The notes: generated from the letters alone by a model not told the origin. DNA of 64,000 nt from a virus (IMGVR_UViG_3300038409_000042), one strand, 5' to 3'; positions 49,853 through 60,400 are shown, numbered from the stretch's first letter. A program made the numbers and translations.

Positions 49853-50500
49853 ATGAAACTCTCGGAAGACGATGACAAGATTATCTGCGAAATTCGGCAA
49901 GGGCAAGTCGAATTAGAATATGATAAAGATAAGCCGAAGGAGTTCGATGATGGCGTTGCTCTGGCGGTCCTTCTAGCGAAGGAAGTTGTTTTTATTAACG
50001 ATCATTGGTGGTTAAAGGACTGGCCCAAAGAGGCACAGAAGACGTTTTCCGTGAATGTCAATTGTAACGATGTTTTTGCATGGGGTTGCGCCGATGCGGA
50101 AGAAATGTTCATTGGGGACATTGAGGAAGTCTATCGGTATTGGGAAAAGGACAATGATTGTGGTCCTGCCGTTTGGTGTATGATCAAGCGTCGGGAAATG
50201 CCTCAGGCTCCGGCTATTAAGTACATCGAGAAGTCGGGCGTTTTCAATGTGGAAGAGCTGAGGGTTAAGCATAACCTTCGCCCCTGTTGGTACGATCTGA
50301 TGAGCAAGAACCTGGCCGATGCACAGTATGGCAAATATGCCGCATGGTGTGCAGAGAGAGGTGAAGCGCCGCTTGAGCGAAATTCTGTTAAATGGTGGAC
50401 AGGATGGACCGAATACGCCAAGGCGCATCCCGGTTGGGAGAAGGAAGATTGGTACGTCGGAGTGCGTGTTGCAACGAAGGCACATTGGGACTCGTTGTGA
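49853..50500 (+). CDS. hypothetical Trp/Cys-rich protein
   Basis: Third of three clustered ATGs, chosen on RBS spacing (AAGGA). 215 aa. Confidence 0.5.
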   Translation: MKLSEDDDKIICEIRQGQVELEYDKDKPKEFDDGVALAVLLAKEVVFINDHWWLKDWPKEAQKTFSVNVNCNDVFAWGCADAEEMFIGDIEEVYRYWEKDNDCGPAVWCMIKRREMPQAPAIKYIEKSGVFNVEELRVKHNLRPCWYDLMSKNLADAQYGKYAAWCAERGEAPLERNSVKWWTGWTEYAKAHPGWEKEDWYVGVRVATKAHWDSL

Positions 50501-50634
50501 AAATTCTTCTGGACACAATCAGCCTCATTTCGTAGACACGTCCTGCGTCTGGTTCGGACGTTCACAAGGCCGAATCACCTCCGTTCTTGTTTACGATTAC
50601 AGCCGGGCCAGACGCACCTTTGGAAGGGGAATAC

Positions 50635-51189
50635 ATGAAAAAGTTTGTTTTAGCGATGTTGGCGGGAACAGCGTTTGTTGGTTCTGCTTATGCTTTTCCG
50701 GCTTCTGATCCTTATTTTGAGGTTCATGCCGGAACTGTTACGGAACTTGAAGTAGAGGGTCTTGACCTAAACGGCGGCTCGAATATCGGAGGGCATGTCG
50801 GTCTCGACTTTGGCTTTCCCCGAATCGAAGCTGGAGTTGACCGACTTGAAGCCGAAGCTTTCGGAGGAATCGTCACTATCGATTCCATCACCTATAGCGG
50901 AAGCGCCCTCGTCGACATCCCGATTGCAAGAGGAATCTCGGCATTTGCGGGGTTGGGTCTTGACTATACGGCCGCCGAGGCTAACTTCCTTTCTCTGGCC
51001 TCCCTGGAAGCAGATGGATGGGGATGGCATTATGAGGTTGGAGGCGAATACAGAATGACGGACTATGCGTCCCTCGTTCTTTCCTACAAGGAACGTGAAT
51101 CGGAACTTGATACCGATTTTGGCGGGCCGTTCGGGTCGCTTGACACGAATGTCAGCTCGGTCAATCTAGGAGTTAAGTTCAGGCCATAA
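50635..51189 (+). CDS. secreted outer-membrane beta-barrel protein (OmpA/Lom-like moron)
   Basis: Signal peptide MKKFVLAMLAGTAFVGSAYA-FP. Gly-rich beta-strand composition. C-terminal NLGVKFRP. RBS GGAAGGGG. Confidence 0.55.
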   Translation: MKKFVLAMLAGTAFVGSAYAFPASDPYFEVHAGTVTELEVEGLDLNGGSNIGGHVGLDFGFPRIEAGVDRLEAEAFGGIVTIDSITYSGSALVDIPIARGISAFAGLGLDYTAAEANFLSLASLEADGWGWHYEVGGEYRMTDYASLVLSYKERESELDTDFGGPFGSLDTNVSSVNLGVKFRP

Positions 51190-51295
51190 TCTACTCACCC
51201 TGTGGACTTTGAGACGAGCCACAGGTGTAGCAACGCGCCCTAAAACATGCCTACTTCCTCCCCCCGGAAGCATGTTGGCGCGGAACTGAGTAGGT

Positions 51296-51334
51296 GAGGC
51301 GCAGTCTGGAAACGGACTGCGCCTCTCTTTTTTT
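51296..51334 (+). terminator. rho-independent terminator
   Basis: GAGGCGCAGTC-TGGAAACG-GACTGCGCCTC followed by TCTTTTTTT. Confidence 0.75.
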
Positions 51335-51344
51335 AGGAGGTACT

Positions 51345-51635
51345 ATGACAGACAAACCATTGTCTCCTGAGGAACCTACGGAGCCTCCTAAAGGCCCTCC
51401 GATCGTTTCAGTTCCTCCAAAAAAGAAGCTTAAGCCAGAATTCGCCTTTGGGCTGTTCGCCCTCGGGATGCTCGTCTGCGCTTTTGCGGCTCTAGGCGGC
51501 GCTGTTCTGATCAACCAGAACAGTAACGAAACTTTCGTAGCCGGCGTCCTTATTATCTTGTTCGTGGCTCTAGGGGTCATGTTCATGATTAGGAAGGCAA
51601 TTGAATTAATTTCATCGGAGTTTCACAAGCAATGA
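51345..51635 (+). CDS. membrane protein (two TM helices, Pro-rich N-terminus)
   Basis: RBS AGGAGG. FAFGLFALGMLVCAFAALGGAVLI and FVAGVLIILFVALGVMFMI. Confidence 0.5.
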   Translation: MTDKPLSPEEPTEPPKGPPIVSVPPKKKLKPEFAFGLFALGMLVCAFAALGGAVLINQNSNETFVAGVLIILFVALGVMFMIRKAIELISSEFHKQ

Positions 51636-52492
51636 AACAAAAAACTCTTCTACTTGCGACAAGTATTGCGGCGATTACGTTGCTTGTCGGCTGTGGCGAG
51701 CGCGTAAGGCCGGGATGGGTCGGTGTACGCGTCAACAACTATGGTGAGAGAGCCGGCGTTGTTGAGCAAGAATTGTCCCCAAGATTCTATTGGCATCAAT
51801 GGGGTTCGGATATTATCCAATTCCCCACGACTGTTCAGACGGAAGTCTGGCAAGATTGCGACAGTCAACGCAATTGTGAGAACGTTGGCGGCACGGCCGT
51901 TTCTTTCACTAATGCTGACGGTGTTGCTACGCGTTTAGCGATCTCGATGCAGCTCCGTGTAAGCCCTCCAGAAGCCTCTAGGATCGTCGGGCGTTACCGT
52001 TTAGGGTTTCAGGAGATGATTGACGGGCCGGTTCGTCGACGACTTCAAGACGCATTTGTGCGCTTTGGGCAGGACGATGAATTCACTTCCGAAGCGCTAA
52101 TCACTGGCGGTAAGGCCAATGATCTTCTCCAGCGAGTTCATCAGACAGTTTCCCGTCCTTTAGCCACTGAAGGCATTATTATTGAGAATATCTCATTGGT
52201 TGGGTCTCCAATTCTTCCTAGTCAAATCATTGATCGTATTAATGATCGTGTCGAGGCGGAACAGGGCGCTGAAGCTGAGGAACAGAAAGTTCGTATTGTC
52301 CAGGCAAAGGCCGCTCAAGCTATAGCTGAGGCAGAGGGCCGAGCGCGGGCCATTGCGATTGAGGGCGCTGCGCTCAATCAGAATCCTCAAGTTCTTAAGT
52401 TGCGCGAGATTGAACGCTGGAGTGGCAAAGGCTGTCCCCTCGACGCACAGACTTGCGTCCTTGGCGGATCGGCTCTTGTCCAGTCTCAATAA
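51632..52492 (+). CDS. lipoprotein with SPFH/band-7 (HflK/C, stomatin-like) domain
   Basis: Lipobox LLVGC after MKQKTLLLATSIAAIT. QAKAAQAIAEAEGRARAIAIEGAALNQNPQVLKLREIERW is typical of the SPFH C-terminal helical region. Confidence 0.6.
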   Translation: MKQKTLLLATSIAAITLLVGCGERVRPGWVGVRVNNYGERAGVVEQELSPRFYWHQWGSDIIQFPTTVQTEVWQDCDSQRNCENVGGTAVSFTNADGVATRLAISMQLRVSPPEASRIVGRYRLGFQEMIDGPVRRRLQDAFVRFGQDDEFTSEALITGGKANDLLQRVHQTVSRPLATEGIIIENISLVGSPILPSQIIDRINDRVEAEQGAEAEEQKVRIVQAKAAQAIAEAEGRARAIAIEGAALNQNPQVLKLREIERWSGKGCPLDAQTCVLGGSALVQSQ

Positions 52493-52662
52493 TAGAATTG
52501 CGCATGAATCCATGTCACCCCTGCGCGGGTGACACTCTTCCCGCTCCGTCCTGTTAGTGCGATGGCCCCACTCAGGTAAACGCCCTTGATGCTTGGCTAT
52601 GGGAGGGGCAGTCTATTGCCCGGACTGTTGGGTTTATAGCTAATCTTGGGAATGCCATCACT

Positions 52663-52938
52663 ATGATCTTTAAGAAAGAAGACCTTCAAATGATCGTCTG
52701 GGACGATCATGAAGACTATGAAGTCGTCGCAAGGGAATTCATAGGGACTAGACGCTGGTCAATAGATTACTACCTTGTGTTTAAGAACAAGGCTGGAGTC
52801 TATTACGGTGTATCCTATTCCGTTGGGGCCACCGAGCAACAAGATGAGCACCCATTCGATGATGAGGATGATGAGGTTGAAGTCGGCATTGTTGAGCCGT
52901 ATGAAAAGACGGTGACAGCATATAGGCTTAAGTCATGA
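52663..52938 (+). CDS. hypothetical acidic protein
   Basis: 91-aa ORF. Confidence 0.45.
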   Translation: MIFKKEDLQMIVWDDHEDYEVVAREFIGTRRWSIDYYLVFKNKAGVYYGVSYSVGATEQQDEHPFDDEDDEVEVGIVEPYEKTVTAYRLKS

Positions 52939-53303
52939 TGCTCAATCGAGACACGATTTGGAACTTCGCTCAGAACAAGCCGTCTCTCATTGTTAAAGAC
53001 TTACAAGGTTATGCGCCACCGAATGTGATTTACCGCTCTCTCTTACAGAGAGGCGTCTTTAAGTGGCTGGCTGTCCGACGCGATATCATTAAACTAAAAG
53101 AAAAATGGAAGGCTCGTTTGAGATATATCCATGGCGCTTGGCGGGTTGCTAGCGGCTATGAGAAAGCCTATCTCAAGGGGTATAGAGCGGCATTAGAGGA
53201 TTGCCGTAAGGAAGTCAGCGCCCTCTGTCACAGTGACCGATGGAGAGCCCCAGATTTCGATAGTCGCGCTAATCGCTGGCTTGAAGATTTTACCGGAGAT
53301 TAA
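52935..53303 (+). CDS. hypothetical protein
   Basis: 122-aa ORF with ATGA coupling. Confidence 0.45.
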   Translation: MMLNRDTIWNFAQNKPSLIVKDLQGYAPPNVIYRSLLQRGVFKWLAVRRDIIKLKEKWKARLRYIHGAWRVASGYEKAYLKGYRAALEDCRKEVSALCHSDRWRAPDFDSRANRWLEDFTGD

Positions 53304-53307
53304 CATC

Positions 53308-53586
53308 ATGATCATCTTTATGATGGTTCTCGCATCCCTTTCCTTAGTTTGCTGCATTCTCTCTATCTTTAGTCGAATTGTTAATAAGAACGCAGAGGAA
53401 AATCTATCAGCTATTGTATATGCCGCCCTGGCCTGTGGTTTCTTCATTGCCGCTGGAATTTGGGGCATAAAGAAGGAACTAGATTCTCTTCCATGTCAGG
53501 GGGTTGTCCAGGCCCCGATCCCGCCACAAACAATCGACATTCAATCAGAAAGCTATGGCATTTCGTTTGTGGTTCCGATAGACTAG
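53308..53586 (+). CDS. membrane protein (two TM helices)
   Basis: RBS GGAG. MIIFMMVLASLSLVCCILSIF and AALACGFFIAAGIWGI. Confidence 0.45.
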   Translation: MIIFMMVLASLSLVCCILSIFSRIVNKNAEENLSAIVYAALACGFFIAAGIWGIKKELDSLPCQGVVQAPIPPQTIDIQSESYGISFVVPID

Positions 53587-53593
53587 CGGCGCT

Positions 53594-54154
53594 ATGGCTG
53601 AAATATTTTTAATATCTGATACTCATTTTGGGCACGAAAAGACTTGTACCGTCTTCAAAAGAGACGATGGATCGCCCTTACGCCCATTCAAGAGCGCGGA
53701 GGAGATGGATGAAGAGATGATCCGGCGCTGGAACAGCGTCGTGCGTCCATTCGACAAAGTCTATCATCTCGGGGACGTTGTCATTCGAAAAGAGAATATC
53801 CGAATTCTCGATAGGCTCAATGGCAAGAAGAGATTAATTCGGGGTAATCATGATATCTTCCCCCTCGATCTATACGCCGCCTACTTTGATAACATATATG
53901 GCGTGCGAGTACTGGACGAAGTCATCCTTTCTCATATCCCTCTCCATGCTGACTCAGTCACAGAGCGGTTCGGGACGAATGTCCATGGACATCTGCACGC
54001 CAACGACATTCCTAGTGGGCTATATCTCAACGTGTGCGTAGAACACCTTGACTATACCCCTATGCCTCTCTATCTAGCTAAGGAACGGATCGAAGAGAAG
54101 CGCAGACGCTTTCCGATTAAGAGGCAGAAGGCTGATCACTATGGCCCAGGATGA
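53594..54154 (+). CDS. calcineurin-like metallophosphoesterase (Ser/Thr phosphatase-like)
   Basis: ISDTHFGH, YHLGDVV, RGNHD and GHLH motifs. Confidence 0.7.
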   Translation: MAEIFLISDTHFGHEKTCTVFKRDDGSPLRPFKSAEEMDEEMIRRWNSVVRPFDKVYHLGDVVIRKENIRILDRLNGKKRLIRGNHDIFPLDLYAAYFDNIYGVRVLDEVILSHIPLHADSVTERFGTNVHGHLHANDIPSGLYLNVCVEHLDYTPMPLYLAKERIEEKRRRFPIKRQKADHYGPG

Positions 54155-54395
54155 GCAACAATCCAAACTGACAAGGAGTCGGCGAATGTCTTTCGTTATA
54201 AAAGAGAGGACTCGCATCCAGGCGTCGCCCCCAACGGGGTTTGACGCCTCTTGGACGGAATTCCAAGTCTGGTCTGGAAAGAAGATCATTTCTCGCCACG
54301 ACACAAGAGGGCAGGCCGAAGGAGCGATAAAAACGCTCGCTAAGGCGATCCCGGGAGGCCCTTGTCCACGTGAGAGAACCGCCGATGAGCAATGA
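54141..54395 (+). CDS. hypothetical protein
   Basis: 84-aa ORF. Confidence 0.35.
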   Translation: MAQDEQQSKLTRSRRMSFVIKERTRIQASPPTGFDASWTEFQVWSGKKIISRHDTRGQAEGAIKTLAKAIPGGPCPRERTADEQ

Positions 54396-54661
54396 TCGCA
54401 ACGACGCCACGCTGCCATGTGTGGAGCGCTACGTACGCTCCAGGCTGCGCCTTGGTCGCTGAGACCGAATGGGAAGAGGCGCAATACGCGATAGTCGATC
54501 GAGAATGTCGCGAAGAGGAGGCGGCACGGCGCGGCTGGTTCATGCGGGCAATAAGGCGTCTTGCGCGCAGAATTCTTCCGTTTAAGCGGCGCGAGGGTGT
54601 GTGTAAATTATTACTGCATATGCGGCGAAGGATTCAACGTGGCCTTTGGAGCGCCAGATGA
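54392..54661 (+). CDS. hypothetical Arg-rich protein
   Basis: ATGA coupling. GC-rich stretch. Confidence 0.3.
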   Translation: MIATTPRCHVWSATYAPGCALVAETEWEEAQYAIVDRECREEEAARRGWFMRAIRRLARRILPFKRREGVCKLLLHMRRRIQRGLWSAR

Positions 54662-54693
54662 TCCTATCCTTTATGTAGAGAGGATAGGCAGAT

Positions 54694-54882
54694 ATGAATA
54701 GGCGATCTTTCCTAGCTTCACTGGCGGCAACGTTCGGGGTGGACGATCCCGCTGTTAACGGGTTGCTGGCAGGTTCGACTCCTGCGCCGCCAGCCAAGGT
54801 TCAAAGTTCATACTTCCAATGCGTTCGATACAAAGCCACCGAACGAATAGCTTACGGCTTTATTGACTCTAGAGTCCATTAG
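54694..54882 (+). CDS. small protein with twin-arginine (Tat) signal-like N-terminus
   Basis: MNRRSFLASLAATFG is an RRxFL Tat motif. 62 aa. Confidence 0.35.
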   Translation: MNRRSFLASLAATFGVDDPAVNGLLAGSTPAPPAKVQSSYFQCVRYKATERIAYGFIDSRVH

Positions 54883-54888
54883 TGGAAT

Positions 54889-54961
54889 ACCCGTGCGGCT
54901 GTGGTAGCCAGGAAGCCTCCAAAACTTCTGAGCGGCGGTTCGATTCCGCCCACGGGTGCCA
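54889..54961 (+). ncRNA. tRNA-like element with encoded CCA, 9-nt anticodon-position loop and missing nucleotide 9
   Basis: Acceptor ACCCGTG/CACGGGT pairs 7/7. Discriminator G then CCA. D-arm GGCT-GTGGT-AGCC. Stem GGAAG/CTTCT with loop CCTCCAAAA. T-arm GGCGG-TTCGATT-CCGCC. Only one nucleotide lies between the acceptor and the D-stem. Confidence 0.45.
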
Positions 54962-54963
54962 AC

Positions 54964-55548
54964 ATGAGTGGGAAAGACGCTTTAATAAGTGTGGCTGCTA
55001 GCCTAGAGGCTGCTATCTCCTTACTGGAGAGGGTGCCTCAGGCTAAGAAAGCAGTGGCTTCTGATCGTATGTTCGATCAGATGATAAAGGACTATAAAGC
55101 TTCTCTTGAGAAAGCTAGAAAAGAGCTTAGGGATAGTTTGATGGAGCCATCTCCCATGAGCCCTAAAGAAGAGCTAGACTTCCTTCGAACATCTAATAGA
55201 CTCCTCCGAGAAGAGGTAGTGAGACTGAGGAAAATGCGGGAAGACTCGGAGAATGGCCGTAAGATCGGCCGGCTCAAATACATCGGGGAGCTGCCGAATG
55301 GCTGCGGCCTATGGGTCGCGCCAAATGAGGCCGGTGGACGCACCTATTGGTCTAATGAGTGCGGTATCGAGACCTTCATATGGGACACTGCCCTTGTATG
55401 CCGATCTTCTGTTCTGGCTGCACTCGTGGCCGAAGAGAAGATTGAGTATGCAGAAGCAATAAGGAAGCATTATGAAGCCAAGGGCGATCCCACTGAGCCT
55501 GTTTCGGGTAAGGGAAAAATGTCCGCTCCCGATCCTTCCATCCTCTGA
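54964..55548 (+). CDS. hypothetical coiled-coil protein
   Basis: ATG 3 nt after the tRNA-like CCA. The track start 54901 lies inside the tRNA-like element. Confidence 0.5.
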   Translation: MSGKDALISVAASLEAAISLLERVPQAKKAVASDRMFDQMIKDYKASLEKARKELRDSLMEPSPMSPKEELDFLRTSNRLLREEVVRLRKMREDSENGRKIGRLKYIGELPNGCGLWVAPNEAGGRTYWSNECGIETFIWDTALVCRSSVLAALVAEEKIEYAEAIRKHYEAKGDPTEPVSGKGKMSAPDPSIL

Positions 55549-55757
55549 TGAGCATGCTGGAAGGCCATGGGACACGTCATTTACCGGCCTTCCTAGCGGC
55601 GTTTCATGTCATGGCTGTCACAAGACTTGGGTCTATCGAAATGGCGTCCTGGAGCCTACGTGGAGCGATTAGCGACACGATGCATCGCTACGTTGGCTCA
55701 ACAGGCGGGCCTTCCTCCTTCCAAGCCATAATAACTGAATAGTAGCTATGATTACTG

Positions 55758-55791
55758 CCGGCTGGACCAATAACAATCCAGCCGGCTTTCA
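55758..55791. terminator. bidirectional terminator between convergent genes
   Basis: GCCGGCTGGA-CCAATAACAA-TCCAGCCGGC followed by TTTC. Confidence 0.6.
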
Positions 55792-55832
55792 AATAGTCAT
55801 CTATTCGCGAGTAGGCAACGTAGCGCCTATAG

Positions 55833-56168
55833 CTAACTGACATGCTCGATCGCTTTATCAGGGTCCTGATTGCGCCAGTCAGGCCATTTCCTAGCCTTAT
55901 TCTTAGCCATCTTTTCCTTAAAAGCCCACGCTATTTCTTCTGGCTCATAACCAGCTCTCCAGGCTCCATCGAGAGCTAAAATAGCCAGATCAACCCATTC
56001 GAATAGATCGTCTGGCTCTTTCTCAACTTCTTCTATTTCCTTTCTGATATGATCAAGAACACCCTTTGTCCTTTCACCGGGTCCGAATGTTCTTTGGCTA
56101 AATTCTCTCTGATCAACAAGGTGATTTACTAGATCATATTCGAATAATATGTAGCACTCTGTTTTCAT
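55833..56168 (-). CDS. MazG-like all-alpha NTP pyrophosphohydrolase domain protein (putative)
   Basis: GVLDHIRKEIEEVEKEPDD...LFEWVDLAILALDGAWRAGY resembles the MazG/DUF550 E-x-x-E...D pattern. Confidence 0.4.
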   Translation of the reverse strand: MKTECYILFEYDLVNHLVDQREFSQRTFGPGERTKGVLDHIRKEIEEVEKEPDDLFEWVDLAILALDGAWRAGYEPEEIAWAFKEKMAKNKARKWPDWRNQDPDKAIEHVS

Positions 56169-56560
56169 ACGAAATAGTCACTTCCTCTTTCCCAGGCAAG
56201 TCTCATCCTGAAACCTATGCCGTCGCCTTCGATAACCCATTTAGGTCGCAAGCGCCAGACCAAAGTGTCATAACCAGCTGGCCTTCTTGCTTTATTAAGA
56301 AGTTCATTGAGATACTTTTCCAGCTTCTCATTGAGATCGGGATCATCAATATCGAGGGTAAGACTCTTCCCTCCATCCTTCATGAGTCCATTAAGATGAT
56401 AAGTGTTATAAGGCGTGCAATTATCAGTCATTGAAGCGGCTGGACCGTCAATAACTTTTATTGCCATCTTCTCCAAGATTGAAACAAAATTAAAGAGAAG
56501 TTGTTCTCGCTGCCCCTCCTTAATTTCCTTCGTGGTTCGGATCGAAAGATAGTTACTCAT
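56165..56560 (-). CDS. hypothetical protein
   Basis: 131-aa ORF with ATGA coupling. Confidence 0.45.
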   Translation of the reverse strand: MSNYLSIRTTKEIKEGQREQLLFNFVSILEKMAIKVIDGPAASMTDNCTPYNTYHLNGLMKDGGKSLTLDIDDPDLNEKLEKYLNELLNKARRPAGYDTLVWRLRPKWVIEGDGIGFRMRLAWERGSDYFV

Positions 56561-57369
56561 CCATATTTCCTTTCTAGGTCGATCATGCTGACAAAGTTTG
56601 TGCTCATGATTTCGCCATCCTTAACCGTCAATCCTAATACGCCATACCACCATCCAGTAGAAGCATGCTCGGCGTATTTTTCGACATGACCTTGAGGCAG
56701 GGCACATCCTGCGCTGATTGCAGTGACCTTATTGTTATCGCCGATCTTTGGACAGTCAACCATTTCTCTTAGGTGAGAATGTCCTTGAACAAAGGAGAAT
56801 TTTGTGTCATTAGCTGCTCTATGCATTCCGGTCTTTCCGCCGTAAGGCTTATTGGCAGTGTTACAGACATGATGAACAAAACCGACTCCTCCAATATAAA
56901 CAATTACTTTGTATTCATAGAGGGTCCAATTGAAGGTGGAAAACTTCGCATTGAGTTGGCTGACATAACTTCCCCTACTTGCAACGTTAGGGTGACTATC
57001 TTCGAAACGATCGGCTCTGAATTCGTGGTTGCCTTTTACCATGAGTTTCCTGCATCTGAAACCACTCAGTCCAAAATCGATAGCTTCAAGAGCCTCCTCA
57101 AGGCTGTCCAAATCATCGCAGAATTGAGGTTGCAGGCGCGCCGTGAGAGTGTCTTGAGCGCTATGAGTGGACAGGCTATCTAGAGTTAAGAAATCTCCTA
57201 GATGAACAACATAGTCAGGTTTACAATCTGCTATCCAACGTCCTATCCATGTGAAACGACTCTTGTCTGGAATTCTAGGATCATCATGCGTATCTGGGAT
57301 GACACATATTCGATAGATTATTCCAGGTTGATTTTTAGGTTCCTTTCTAGTGGAGCTATTCTTATTCAT
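56557..57369 (-). CDS. calcineurin-like metallophosphoesterase (second copy, distinct sequence)
   Basis: VIPDTHDDP, VHLGDFL, VKGNHEFR and GHSH motifs. Confidence 0.7.
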   Translation of the reverse strand: MNKNSSTRKEPKNQPGIIYRICVIPDTHDDPRIPDKSRFTWIGRWIADCKPDYVVHLGDFLTLDSLSTHSAQDTLTARLQPQFCDDLDSLEEALEAIDFGLSGFRCRKLMVKGNHEFRADRFEDSHPNVASRGSYVSQLNAKFSTFNWTLYEYKVIVYIGGVGFVHHVCNTANKPYGGKTGMHRAANDTKFSFVQGHSHLREMVDCPKIGDNNKVTAISAGCALPQGHVEKYAEHASTGWWYGVLGLTVKDGEIMSTNFVSMIDLERKYG

Positions 57370-57408
57370 GGAATTCCGTGTGGGCGGATTTTCAACTAGA
57401 AGTCAAGA

Positions 57409-60400
57409 CTATCTTGATTCCATTGGCTGAGGCTCCGCTGGCGTTATTTCTCTTGAAAATTGAGACCCCTTTTCTCTCAGAATAAAGCTCCTGATTGGCT
57501 CTGTGGAGGCTCTATATTCACGGACACGTCGTTGCCCGACCTTCATCTTCTCGCGATAAGTATCTTTAAGTCTTTCGTGGAATTCACGTATACTTTGTAT
57601 TTCCTGTTCTTTTTCTGCTTCTGATCTGTCAGAATCGGCTCTAATCGCTGCGATTTGTCTATTCATCTCAGCTTTAGAGTAACCAAGTTGTCGTTTCATT
57701 TCATCAACGTCACGTTCCATCCGGCGTGCGTTGCGCTCCGTCTGATCAACCGGGTCCAGAGCCCACGTGTTGAAGCCAAGGGCTCGCGCCGCCAGGGCCG
57801 AATAATCCTCTACATACTTGCCGCTAGTCGTGACGCCGTCTCCGAAAGTCTTATCCAGGAAGCGGCCCATAAAGCCGCTGGAGCCAAACTGTGGTCGCTC
57901 ATAGCCGCCAGCCAGAAGGTCAAGCTGTTGAAAGAGAGGGTCGACCATGCCGCGCATTATGGGGGGCATGTAATAATTAAATGCATAGGAAAGGAAGCCG
58001 GCTAATTTCTGTGTGTTACTTGCTCCCTCAGGCCAAAGATCATAGCCAGTGAAACGATCTTTTCCGGTTGTATAAGCAACTATGAAATCAATAAATGGAC
58101 CACCAGCACCAAGGTCAAATGGTAATTTCATGACAAGATTTGGCAGAATATCCTGATGGCCGCCTTCGAACATATTACGTCCAGCTTGGGCCATTGGTGT
58201 CCATGGGAGATAGACGCCAAGATCAGTAAGAACGAAGTTTCCATGAGAATCCCGAATTGGTAGCGGAATGACCCCAACATTTCTGCGGAGTTCTTTGGAC
58301 ATTGAGGCCCGAAGCGCTTCAGCTTCATCTTCATCAAGACCCATTAGTAAAGCCACGACGCTCCAGAGAAGTCCAGAATAGAGCATAATAGGAACTGATA
58401 GTCGCGTAATGTCCGACACGCCAGAGGCTAATATTTTTGGATTAATTTGCATAAATCCATCTCTGATTTTAGCCAATCCTCTTGTGCCGAGATCAACCAT
58501 CTTGGGGAAGAGCTTGTATTGCCAAGTAATGAATGGGAAGATAGTGTTTCTCAACAATCGAACAGCTGGAGGAACCAATGTATAGTCAGGTATCCATTCG
58601 AAGCTTTCAATAATGGCGTCTCCAGGAGCCATCTTTGAATGTTTCGTGTGGAAGAAAAACATTGTATAGCGGGCCATTGTGTCGTAGAAGTTGTAGAGGT
58701 CTGCCGCCTTGCCGCCAGCCTTCGTGATAATTCTTTCAACTTCCTTATAGGCAGTCTCTAATCCAGAAAGTGAAGTATTTTTCCTCTTAAGTTCTCTGAT
58801 CTTAAGCTCCGACAGAGCGTCAAGAGTTCTCCTGATTTCAGCCTCTGTAAACGTGCCTTGGATACCTCCGAGTTCCTTAAACAGTTGCCACATGGCGCTG
58901 TTCTTTTTAGAGTCGATAAGCGCCCTAGCCGCCCAAACCGTTGTATCGGCACCTAATGTATAGGAAGACCCAACGCCCCCAAGATAAAGTGTCATTATGT
59001 TCTGCATGATCTGCCGAACATGCGTTGGCGGGTTGAGAGTTGTGACAATCCTTTTGAACCCGCGCATAAATCGGCCGGTCGCCTTATCCACTAGTTTTTC
59101 AATCTCTGGCTGATTGACTGATGCAGCTCCAGCCATCCCGACAATGTCGTTGTAAATTGCCTTATGGACGATTAATCCAGAGATATCTCCATAAGCATAT
59201 GTGGTCGGGAGCTTTCGATACGTATCTTTATCAAACTGGACAATGTTTTCGAATGAAGTTCCAACACCAACCTTCACATTAGCATTCTTGAAGATTGTTT
59301 CTATTTCATCTATGAGTTCTTGGTTGACCTTTCTCAAGAAGGGATTTTCAAGGGTCTCTCTGCTGGCGGAAAGTCTACGAAGTTCATTCCCAAGCGCATC
59401 AAAGGTCATCGTTCTGCCGTGATATTTGACGAATTGGTGCGGGATAACCCATCCCATATTATTAATACCGGACACATCTGCCATATAGGCGATCTCTTCC
59501 ATGAACCTGATGACAGAGATATCCCGACCCTGACGAATAATGCCAGCATAGGTTAAGAAGAATGGATCGGTAATGAGACCGAGCGTAGCATCTTGCTCAT
59601 AAACTCTTCCCATGCTGGCCTTGTTATTTAGAGCCACACGGAATTGGTTCTGCATATAGTTATCGCCATAACGAGCGACAAACGTACCATTTTTCTTCTT
59701 TGGCTTAATGAAGCCAGAAGCATCTATCTTCTGTTTTACTCTTTCAAGTTCACTACGTGCCCTTGCCGCCAAGTTTCTTAAACCGTTGTGAGTAACTGAA
59801 CTGAGTTGTTTCTTTGGGTTTCTAAGGAATTCAATGAATTCATCCTTCTGAGTGATATTGGCAGTGTCCCATATCGGCTGCACGTCACGCCTCAATATCT
59901 CAACATTCATGGCCTCATCAACCACGTTAGAGGCGTTCCATATCTCCTGTCCGATGCTGTCTCCAAGACGCTGCTTGGTATATGACTGTCTAGAGGCTTT
60001 CAGGCCCTGTTGCGTAAGCTCCCTTTGGACGTATTCCATTAACATCCGTGGAAGGTACATACCCATGTATCTGGAATACTGAGCTGTATCCAGTACGCCA
60101 GTCTGCTGAAACTTCTTTCCGAGCCTCATAAACAGGTCTTTAGCCTCGATTGCTGCCGCTCTAATTTCTGGATTTGAAATTCCGAGAGGGGCCGCATTTT
60201 TATGCGTCATGTAGTAATTAAATTCGTCACGATCCTTCTGGCTTGCCGTGTTCATGAAGTGAATAAACTTCTGAGCGAATTCTTCGAATTCGTTAATGTT
60301 TCCCCCAGTTCTTCCTCTCGAAACGAGATAAAGATTCTGATAAGGAAGATCATTCAGAGTGAAATACCATCGAGTCCATTTGCTTGTTTTAAGAAGCTGT

